From the NCBI GenBank assembly GCA_963644945.1, contig CAVIQK010000008.1, positions 879 to 64,878 of the forward strand: a stretch of 64,000 nt of DNA, in the 5' to 3' direction. The position numbers and the translations under genes were made by a program. A model generated the notes under the pieces. That model was not told where the DNA came from. It ran no database searches and worked only from the letters and a program-made list of their open reading frames with translations. Of this stretch, positions 50,099 through 58,800 are shown piece by piece (the first letter of the stretch is position 1; each line of letters starts with the position of its first letter). The DNA is from a bacterium. Lineage in GTDB: Bacteria; Bacillota; Clostridia; Christensenellales; DTU072.

Positions 50099-50284
50099 TT
50101 ATTTTTTCAAATTTACCGTTCTTTCTCTCTCTTTCTTTGGCTCCGAACTTTTTATGCTAGATTTATGCGATGCTTCGGGAACGGAAAATTTTTCTCTGTC
50201 GTCCATATCTAAAATTTTGCCCATGACAATTTCGAATCGATTGTCTATGTCTAGCGAATTGATGGCATTTTCTAAACTATTCAT
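50099..50284 (-). CDS. 61-aa protein, paralog of the C-terminal tail of the 1698-aa protein
   Basis: AGGAGGA SD 8 nt upstream. The ATG overlaps the sigma-factor stop by 8 nt. ...DMDDREKFSVPEASHK plus a K/E tail matches ...DLDDSMERISVPEADHK plus a K/E tail. Confidence 0.6.
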   Translation of the reverse strand: MNSLENAINSLDIDNRFEIVMGKILDMDDREKFSVPEASHKSSIKSSEPKKERERTVNLKK

Positions 50285-50798
50285 CGTAAAATCCTCCTAG
50301 TTGAGATTTTAGTTTTTTGACAAGTCTTCTATACTTGCTCTTTACGGTGTTTACCGACGAGCCTTCTTTTTCGGCAATTTCCGCAAGCGAATATCCTTCT
50401 AATATATGTTTTGATAAAAGTTCGAATTCTTCTGCGCTTGTGAGTTTTTTTATTTCGGCTATAATCTCACTGCCTTCGTCAAAACAATATGTTCCGCAAA
50501 TATTTTCGTCAAGTTCTTCGGTGGGTTTTCGGTCTCTCAGTCTATTGAGTGCCAAATTCCTTGCAGATCTCGTCAAATAATATTTTATGTTTTTTATGTC
50601 CGTCGTCCCTAGTCTGTTGTAAAAATTCACAAAGACGTCATCGGAGATTTCGTCCGTATCGCTTTTGTCCCCTAGATACCTATAAGCACAAAACCATACG
50701 AGTTTGAAGTATGTGTCGTATATTTCTCTGAATAAGGACAGTTTTGCTTCTTGCGTCCCGTTTTTTGTAAAGTTTTCAACAGTCGCTTCGAGTGTCAT
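50277..50798 (-). CDS. ECF-type sigma-70 family RNA polymerase sigma factor
   Basis: 173 aa. Region 2 (DDVFVNFY...YLTRSARNLALNRLR) and region 4 HTH (EGYSLAEIAEKEGSSVNTVKSKYRRLVKKLK). Starts 2 nt after the VirB4 stop. Confidence 0.85.
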   Translation of the reverse strand: MTLEATVENFTKNGTQEAKLSLFREIYDTYFKLVWFCAYRYLGDKSDTDEISDDVFVNFYNRLGTTDIKNIKYYLTRSARNLALNRLRDRKPTEELDENICGTYCFDEGSEIIAEIKKLTSAEEFELLSKHILEGYSLAEIAEKEGSSVNTVKSKYRRLVKKLKSQLGGFYDE

Positions 50799-50800
50799 TT

Positions 50801-53434
50801 TTATTCAAAGAGTCCTCTCATCTTGTCGGACGAAACTATCGAGATATTTGTCCTTGACTGCGGTCCGGTGATAATGAAGGCGTGACCTCTTTCGTTGTTG
50901 ACGATTTGGTCTTGTTCGACGGCATTGATTTTGCCGGCTTTTTCGTATAGCGTGCAAAGGTCGTCCATGTCGTTGGGGGACAACGAGAATATGAAGGAAT
51001 ATTGACATGCGTTGATTACCGCAGTGGACTTCCTTATTATATCTTGACTGCCGACGAAGTCTTTTATGTTTTGCGTAATAACGATTTGCATACCGTTGTA
51101 TTTTCTTATACGTTTTGCAAGTTGGAACATAAAGTCGAGTGCTACGGGGTATTTAGGATCGATGAACACGTGCGCTTCGTCTATCGCTACGATGATCTTT
51201 CTGTTGGTCTTGTATTTCAAATTGAAATCACGATTTTTGATAATCTCGTTGTCTAACCATCTTAGGACCAAAAGCATTTGTGCGTTGGCGATTGCTTGGT
51301 TGTGGTTGGACAAAAGCGCTCTAAAATTGAACACCGTAAAGTTCTCTTTTATGGATAGTGAGGACTTGCCGTTCCACAGCATTGCATCTCTGCCGTCACC
51401 GCTAAACTTTGCGATAAAGTTTTTCAATATACGTAAGTTTTCTATATCGTAATTTATAGTGGCGGTTTCGAGTCTTTTACAAATCAAATTATATAGGTCG
51501 TCAAATATAGGATAATCTTCGGCATGTAAAGAAGCAAGTTCGGTACGGGAATTTATGCCCTTTTCCATATACATTTCAACAATGAGGTTGTTGAGATATT
51601 CTAGAGATTGGGGATCGATGCCTGACAAGATTTCTCTAAAAAATTGTTCCAAAAATTGCAAATGTACACCGAAGTTGTTGGCACCTTCGCTGTTTTCGTC
51701 GGATTCTAGCGACGTGATAATATGGAAGGGGTTGATTCGTCCTTCGGTCGCCGTACCTACGTCTATCATCTTTCCGCCTAAGTTTTTGGCGAGAGTTCCG
51801 TATTCGTCTTCAGGATCAAGCACGAAAATTTTGCTGTTTTCTACAGCGAGTTGCGTGAGCATTGTTTTGGTAGCGAAAGATTTTCCCGATCCGGATCTTC
51901 CCATAATAACCATATTGGAATTGACTCTTTCGTTGTTACGTTTGAAAAAGTCAACTATTACGGGGAAGCCTTTGCTTTCTCCTAAAAGCACGCCTTCGTC
52001 ATCCATGACGGACGACAACACGAAAGGAAAACATGCGGCAATCGTGGAGGAGTGTATGGCTCTTACATATTCGGGCATGGCATCGTATGCGGACAAGTTG
52101 GACGACACGACGGCTTGATGCTGTTTGCAGAAATTGTCCGAGATTTCAAAACCCTCTTCGGATGTTATTCTACGGATACGTTTCTTGGCGCTCTTGCTGG
52201 TCTCTCCGTTGGCATATACGGTAAAATGTATCGTTGCTTTGAAAAGTGTTTCATTGTCGTTTTGGAGCATCTGCAAGAGATTGACCAAAGTTTTAATATG
52301 TGTTTGTTTGTCAATAATCGAACTTGCCTTATACGATTGTTCGCTTTGGCTCATGAGTTCTTGGAGAGATCTGTCTATCATCCTTACGGCTTTGCCTTTT
52401 TCGTAAGGTTCTAGATTCATGACGACTTTGACACCCTCCATATTGAATATTTTATATCCCCATGCGTTCAAAACGGATACGGGATAATTGCTTACGGTGT
52501 AATTGTAGGTTTCGACTCCGTCGATATATGTCTTGGTCGTGGTAAATTGAACGTCTTTAGGCATTATCCAATTCAAACGTTCTTCTTCTTGAATTACGTC
52601 TAAATCGTTTTCTTCGACTTGATCGGTATATTGATATTTTAGGAACAAACAAAGTTCTTTGTCCCCGAGTATTCTGGAAGTCATCCCACCGTCTAAAAAT
52701 GTGGTTACGGCACTCCCTAAAATCTCGTTTATGACATTTTTGTCGGGATCATATACGACCAAGTAATAGAAAGGTCTGTAAATCTTGTTTTTGTCGTCAA
52801 GATTGTCATAAATTCTTATACGGTCGTTTATTATATTGATACGAGCATTCAATTCTTGTTCGGTTATCGCACCCGTTTCATAAATTCTTTTTAGAATTTC
52901 TTGTTTTTCGTTTTCAAGTTCGACATATTTTGAAAAGTCTAATTTTCTGTCGATTTTGACAAGGCTTGCCTTGCTCTTGCCGGCAATACTTCTGATAACT
53001 TTGCCAAAACATTTGTCGATTATTTGGTCTTGTCTAAACCCCGACAACAGTCTAAACTCTCTCGGATCTATTTCGAGTACGCCTGCATAGTAATCGCCAT
53101 ACACGATAAATCCGTCTTTGACGTCTTTGAATGCGATAAAATTGGATATATCCGTCGATGCACTCTTGTAGTCTGCCGAATATTTTTTGACCGAAAACAA
53201 ATATTTGACGAAATGCACGAAAAACATATAAAATCTTCCGCCGTTGTAGGGTATAAACAAACCTACCACCAAGCAAAGCAAAACGACCATCAAAAAGTAT
53301 TTTGCCACACCTATATTGGATAGGAACAAAAGCACTTCTAGAATCACGCCTACGAGTGCGATTATTATGTCCGTAATGGATATGTTTTTGAAAAATTCGA
53401 CTTTAACCTTGGCGGTTTTCGGAATTATTCTCAT
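50801..53434 (-). CDS. VirB4/TraE-type conjugal transfer ATPase with N-terminal membrane (VirB3-like) segment
   Basis: 877 aa. Two N-terminal TM helices. Walker A MGRSGSGKSF, Walker B IVAIDEAHVF, ...QIVITQNIKDF. AAGGAG SD. Confidence 0.85.
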   Translation of the reverse strand: MRIIPKTAKVKVEFFKNISITDIIIALVGVILEVLLFLSNIGVAKYFLMVVLLCLVVGLFIPYNGGRFYMFFVHFVKYLFSVKKYSADYKSASTDISNFIAFKDVKDGFIVYGDYYAGVLEIDPREFRLLSGFRQDQIIDKCFGKVIRSIAGKSKASLVKIDRKLDFSKYVELENEKQEILKRIYETGAITEQELNARINIINDRIRIYDNLDDKNKIYRPFYYLVVYDPDKNVINEILGSAVTTFLDGGMTSRILGDKELCLFLKYQYTDQVEENDLDVIQEEERLNWIMPKDVQFTTTKTYIDGVETYNYTVSNYPVSVLNAWGYKIFNMEGVKVVMNLEPYEKGKAVRMIDRSLQELMSQSEQSYKASSIIDKQTHIKTLVNLLQMLQNDNETLFKATIHFTVYANGETSKSAKKRIRRITSEEGFEISDNFCKQHQAVVSSNLSAYDAMPEYVRAIHSSTIAACFPFVLSSVMDDEGVLLGESKGFPVIVDFFKRNNERVNSNMVIMGRSGSGKSFATKTMLTQLAVENSKIFVLDPEDEYGTLAKNLGGKMIDVGTATEGRINPFHIITSLESDENSEGANNFGVHLQFLEQFFREILSGIDPQSLEYLNNLIVEMYMEKGINSRTELASLHAEDYPIFDDLYNLICKRLETATINYDIENLRILKNFIAKFSGDGRDAMLWNGKSSLSIKENFTVFNFRALLSNHNQAIANAQMLLVLRWLDNEIIKNRDFNLKYKTNRKIIVAIDEAHVFIDPKYPVALDFMFQLAKRIRKYNGMQIVITQNIKDFVGSQDIIRKSTAVINACQYSFIFSLSPNDMDDLCTLYEKAGKINAVEQDQIVNNERGHAFIITGPQSRTNISIVSSDKMRGLFE

Positions 53435-53460
53435 ATTGGCTCCTTTCTTGCCTTTACTTG

Positions 53461-54840
53461 TTAGTTGTTGAGGTCCTCGCCCTCTTTCTTGTTGGTAATA
53501 TTATTGTTCATTGCATTTAGCACTGCATTTTCTCGGTTGGAATTCAAGTTGTCGGGCGTCTTATTGTTGTTGTCGTTAGGGGCATCGTTGTTGTCGCCGT
53601 TGTTTTTGATAATGTTGGCGATTTCTCCGTCCTTTTTGCCGGCATCTCCTATATCGTTGTGGTTGGCATTGTCGCCGTCACCGTCCATGTTTCCGCCGTC
53701 TATAGAATTCCTGTCGCCCGTCGTGCCGTCTTTTCCGCCACCGTAATGGCTACCAAAGAGTTTGTTGCCGATTTTGTCTTCGACACCACGATTGAGGGCG
53801 TTGCCCATTCTCGATGCGCCCCAAGTGAAGGGTTTTGCGGCTACTCCGGCTACGGTTTTCAATGCTCCGCCGAGAGCATTTCCTGCAAAAGCACTGTCTC
53901 TTAGTTCGTTGCTTCCGCCACCGCTTGACACGAGGTTTCCTACAAGTGCCATCGCTTTCTTCATGGTTAGCGATCCGCCTATTATAAACAATATTTTACA
54001 TAGGTTGTTCAAGAAATTGGAATCGAAAAATTGTAAAGACGATTTGACGACAAGTAGCACGATAAGGCAATAAATGTTGACTGCGAGAATGGTCCCGAAT
54101 CCTACGAAAAATTTGGTAAGCATTTGCTCACGCCAAAGTTTGAAATGGGCTCCGTCGTCAAGTACCGACGTCGCTACGGGGAAGGGGGACACGATATACA
54201 AAATAACTATAGAAATTGCTCTATCGACAAATACGAGTAGTGACCATGCAATATTCCAAAGTATGACAGCACATGCAATCCACGATGCAACGTAGTCAAA
54301 ACTTTCTATATTCATATAACTGCGCACGACTTGAGTGTCCATATAACTAAGCGTGCCGTCCAAGAATTGTTGTGCATCGTTTTCGTTCACCCAAGCACCG
54401 TCCGAAAATGCGGTGAATAAGAATGATCCTATGCTACTGCCACCGCTCAATGTCGCTTGATAAAGTGCTTGCATAAAGACGTTGGACACCCAAATGCTTA
54501 CGAGCATAATTGCGGGTATAAACAAGAACGTCAACACGCTTTTTAGCGATTTCACACACACTTGTGCAGGGGTTAGGTCGGGCTTTTCTTTGGCGAGAAG
54601 TTTTATAATTGCAAGTATTGTAAAGAATACTAATACGATTAGTCCTAAAATTGCGGCAACCATGAAAGCGTTGCTCACTTCGGTGCTTCTCAGTAAGTAT
54701 GTCAAAAAGTCCGTTGACTTGCCGTCAACGACAATATCTTCGATACCGCACAATTTATTGGCGCATGACATAAGTCCGTCAATAATGCGGAGCAATGATT
54801 TTGTTATACTATACAAAAAATCCCAAAACCAATCAAACAT
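53461..54840 (-). CDS. VirB6/TrbL-like polytopic membrane protein with Asn/Asp/Gly-rich C-terminal tail
   Basis: 459 aa, about 6 TM helices. Sits immediately upstream of VirB4, as in Gram-positive and Mycoplasma ICE T4SS loci. Low-complexity tail of about 95 aa. Confidence 0.55.
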   Translation of the reverse strand: MFDWFWDFLYSITKSLLRIIDGLMSCANKLCGIEDIVVDGKSTDFLTYLLRSTEVSNAFMVAAILGLIVLVFFTILAIIKLLAKEKPDLTPAQVCVKSLKSVLTFLFIPAIMLVSIWVSNVFMQALYQATLSGGSSIGSFLFTAFSDGAWVNENDAQQFLDGTLSYMDTQVVRSYMNIESFDYVASWIACAVILWNIAWSLLVFVDRAISIVILYIVSPFPVATSVLDDGAHFKLWREQMLTKFFVGFGTILAVNIYCLIVLLVVKSSLQFFDSNFLNNLCKILFIIGGSLTMKKAMALVGNLVSSGGGSNELRDSAFAGNALGGALKTVAGVAAKPFTWGASRMGNALNRGVEDKIGNKLFGSHYGGGKDGTTGDRNSIDGGNMDGDGDNANHNDIGDAGKKDGEIANIIKNNGDNNDAPNDNNNKTPDNLNSNRENAVLNAMNNNITNKKEGEDLNN

Positions 54841-54852
54841 ATTCTTACCTTT

Positions 54853-55563
54853 CTACTTAATACAAATCAGCATTGCCGTAAAGCACATTTCGATTTTTTC
54901 GTCGCCTTTTTCAATTCCCTCTTGATCGTTGTACGTGACACAGTTGTTGTTTATCTTGAAGAGTAAACACTTGTCCTTTTCGAGAACAACCGACGATGCC
55001 GAATTGGTGCCGTCCGTCCACTGTTTGAGGGTAAACGAGGTCCAATTTCCTGCTTTTACGGAAACGGTGATCGAGCCTATTTTGTTTTCGCTTTTCGGCT
55101 CGTCAAAAGATTTTAACCTTTTCTTTTCTTCACCGGTATCTTCGTCGGTATAAGTTTCGAAGTCGGTGTCCGTCCCCGTTGCTATCGAAGACGGCATGTC
55201 ACTTACGATATACGCTTCGATATTCAGTCTTGCATCGCTTTTTGAACATAGATATATTGCGAACTCTCTTATTTCGACATTTTCGCCCGCAAATACTCCC
55301 ATATATTTGTAAGCATTGCTTTTTGTGGGGCAGACGAAATCGTCTTTTCTAAAATTGTTGAGAGCATTGTCGTTGTAGAGGTCTGTAATCGGCATGGACA
55401 CCACCGTCAAATCGTTGTTGACAAATTTGACGCTAGGGAACTTTTTGCCGTAGTCGGCCTCATCTTCTATGTTCAAGTCGGGCATACAACCGAATAACAA
55501 TACGGAAATTGCTATAAGGCAGATAAAACTTAAAAGTCTTTTTCCCGTCTTACGCTCCGACAT
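54853..55563 (-). CDS. T4SS-associated lipoprotein
   Basis: ATG 55563 gives MSERKTGKRLLSFICLIAISVLLFGC (lipobox LFGC). The track start at 55614 is TTG inside the upstream gene. The mature part looks rich in beta-strand. Confidence 0.65.
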   Translation of the reverse strand: MSERKTGKRLLSFICLIAISVLLFGCMPDLNIEDEADYGKKFPSVKFVNNDLTVVSMPITDLYNDNALNNFRKDDFVCPTKSNAYKYMGVFAGENVEIREFAIYLCSKSDARLNIEAYIVSDMPSSIATGTDTDFETYTDEDTGEEKKRLKSFDEPKSENKIGSITVSVKAGNWTSFTLKQWTDGTNSASSVVLEKDKCLLFKINNNCVTYNDQEGIEKGDEKIEMCFTAMLICIK

Positions 55564-55858
55564 AAGTAGGCCACCATTTCTCAAATACGGTGAGACCGAC
55601 TTGCAACATTGCAAGCAATACGAATATCAAAACAAATCCGATGATAGCATTTTTAAGTGCTTTTTTGGCTTTGTCGTGATCTTGAGGTTCTTCGGCTTTG
55701 GCATATTTTACACCAAGCAAGATGCAGTAAATTGCACCGATAGAACCGACAACACCCAACAAAACGGGGACCAATACATCGCATACGTCGAGTATCGGTT
55801 TTACGATTTTTTCGAGATCGCCTTGAGACATCCCTGTTGCTAAAAGATTGTAAATCAT
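55550..55858 (-). CDS. small 2-TM pilin-like (VirB2/TrbC-like) protein
   Basis: 102 aa. Two hydrophobic helices (VLVPVLLGVVGSIGAIYCILLGV and AIIGFVLIFVLLAMLQVGL) are joined by a charged loop. AGGAGA SD. Confidence 0.45.
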   Translation of the reverse strand: MIYNLLATGMSQGDLEKIVKPILDVCDVLVPVLLGVVGSIGAIYCILLGVKYAKAEEPQDHDKAKKALKNAIIGFVLIFVLLAMLQVGLTVFEKWWPTYVGA

Positions 55859-55895
55859 TTTTCTATCTCCTATATAATATGATTTCTTTTTTATT

Positions 55896-58800
55896 TTACT
55901 CTATTCTAGAACGTTTTCTAAACAACAATCCTAGGAAAAGCCCTATTGAGATCGCAACCACTACGCCTATTATGAGTACGGTCGTTGCGATGTTGGCGGT
56001 ATATACTCTTGTGAATTCTACTTCACTTTGTCCGCCCGCCTCGTTGACTACTACTATTTTATAATTACCTTTTTCGGTAATCTCCGGAACATCCGACACT
56101 GTGAGCGCTTCGATCGTGTTGACTAATTCGCCGTCTTTATAAATATATATCGTGTCGCCTGCTTTGTATCCGGATATTTTTACGTTCTTGTTGGTCGATT
56201 CGCCTTCGGCTACACCTTCAAGTGTAATTGTAGGCACTGATTTGTCGATTGTCACCGAAAATGCGGTTGTTTTTCCCGTAACGGGTGACATCATAACGAT
56301 TTTATATTCACCGTTTTCGTCTAGTGCTATATATTTGCAACCGTCTTTTTCTTCGACAAACTCGATGTAATCTACTTCGCCACCGCCTGCATTGAAAGTG
56401 GCTTCGGTGATTTCATAGCCGTAAGGTGCCGTATATTCGAACGAAACAAGCGCATGTGTCACAATGTAGAACGAGAAGTAATCTTTGTTCCCGCATTCGT
56501 CTTGTAGCACGACTTCCCACTTGCCGTTGCCGGTAAACGAGGTTAGATCATAGTCTAACATCTCTTTGCCGTCATGATATACTGCACAATAAGACACAGA
56601 ATCGCCGTTTAAGGGTGCAAAGTAAACGACGGACATGTTGGTTATTTCGCCGTTGACAAGTTTTTGGTCAACGCTACCCGTATAGAAACAGTAGTCTGCG
56701 ACGCTATCTCTTCTTACCGAATAGTTGAGCGTGTTGCCTGCTTTGTCGCTTACCGAAATGACATAACTTCCGTCTCTCATATATTTTTCGCCACTCTTAT
56801 ATGCCCCTATCTCTTGGTTGTTGATAGATATTACTGCGGACAAATTGGCGGAGAAAGTAATCGATACGGGATCTTTGGTCACTCCGGAATTGACTTTCAT
56901 GTTGTCAACACCTATTTCTATCGTGGTGCGATACAACACACACGAAAACTTGTACGAAAAACCGTATTCGTCGGTATATTCTATATTATACTCATATTTA
57001 CCGCTGTCAAAGGTTCCGGGGAAACTGAGTGTATAAGGAATATCTTTGGTTTCGGAATTGACTTTGAACAGATATTTCTTTGCTTTGGTTTCAAAAGATA
57101 TGGTCTTGTTGCTCCAAATACTATTATCGACAAGCGGAGAGTCTAGCGAATAAGCCGTCTTTTTGAGATCTCTTGTTTCTCTCGATACGGAAAGCGTCGT
57201 ATGAGATGAATAATTGACGGTTTTTGCGACCTTGTTGCCGTAAATATCTCTAAATACTATTTCATATACTCCGTCACCGTCTGCACCGACTTTGTAATCG
57301 CTAGCGAACGAAACTTTTGTTTCGGATGAATTGTCATATATTACGGTCAACTTTTCGCCATAGGCTACCGTTATATACTCGACACTCGCTCCTTTCAATG
57401 TATTTTCGACAAAAGACACTTGGGTATTGGTATATCCCTCGTCTTTTCGCAAAGCCTTTTCGTTGAAGCCCGTAAGCCATCCGTCGGAATATTTGATAGA
57501 TTTATTCTTGATATGAATATTTCTTGTGACTACGTTGCCACAGTCATCCGTCAAAGTGACGACATATTCGCCGTCGCCTCCTACGGAGATTTGGGTATAT
57601 GTATCCGTTGTTTTTACGGTGTAAGACTTGTATGCGGAGCCGTTTTTGGTGACCGCCACCGTTACATTTTTATAGACGATAAGCGACACAGAACTATTGG
57701 AATAGAAATCGCCCTCGTATGTAGTGGAATAAGACTTGGTGCTTCCGTCGGTATAAGTGATTTCGCCGACTGTCGCAATACCTACGCTGTACAGCACTCT
57801 TGTTTCGGAGTAGTTGCCGTACTTGTTGTAAACATGGAACACATAGAAGCCTTCGCCCAGTCTTCCGCACTCGTAAGTGCCACCCAGAGCGACATCTTCA
57901 AATTCTGCTTGTTCAAAACTTATAGGCGAATAATTCACAAGTACGGTTGTCACTTCGGCTTCTAAAGTCAAAGGACAAATCTCGTTTATATTCAAAATAT
58001 CGGTTAGTCTTACGTCAACACCGTCTTTTTGGTAAGTTAGATACGAACATTCGTCCGACAATACGATTTTGGAATATTTGGTATCTATCGCAGAGGAGGA
58101 ACTGACTCTCAAAGCAATTTCCATTTTGTTGACTTTGCCTTGAACTGCATCTTTTAGTACGGCACCGACATAGACTATGCCGTTTCTAGCATAAGTTCTG
58201 ATGTAACCGCCGTCGGTTTCGCCTATTGTGATGTATGTTGTCGGCAAAACACCCAAATCGACTTCTTCTTCAGCCGTTTTGAGTTCGCCACTTTCGTCTA
58301 TTACAACCTTGTAGATTGTACGAATCAAATTGGATCCGTCGGTAGTCAACTTGAAATATTCTCCGTCCACGACGAAAGCAAACGTTCCGGCACCTTCTAC
58401 CGTAGCAACAGCATATTCGTGACCGTATTTTGTACTGCTTTTTTCGAATTCGAGTTCTTCGACGTCGTCAATAATCATCCTTGTAAAATCGGACTTTCCT
58501 ATTGAGAACGAGAAGGATGTTTGATTGCCGATAAGGTCGGTGGCGGTTATTTGGTAAGTGCCTTCGGTACTCAACTGAATGCTTGACACTTTGTCCCCTA
58601 AATACTCCGTAGTTTTGCCGTTTATCGTACAAGTCCACTTGTATATTCCGGAAAGGTCACCTACCCCTATATTTACGATACCGCCGTTGACGGTTTCGCC
58701 CGAAGCAATTGTTTCGGTCACTATATCGGTAAGTTCGCAACTCACGTCGTCAAGGTTGATAACATCGCCCGATTTTGCGGTGTCTTTGATCTTTTGGAGA

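Noticed and set aside
55550-55858. Possibility that the 102-aa 2-TM protein is a phage holin and the block is a prophage
   Set aside because: No capsid, terminase, tail or lysin genes are present. The flanking genes are VirB4/VirD4/VirB6-like, so a pilin-like T4SS component is the better reading.
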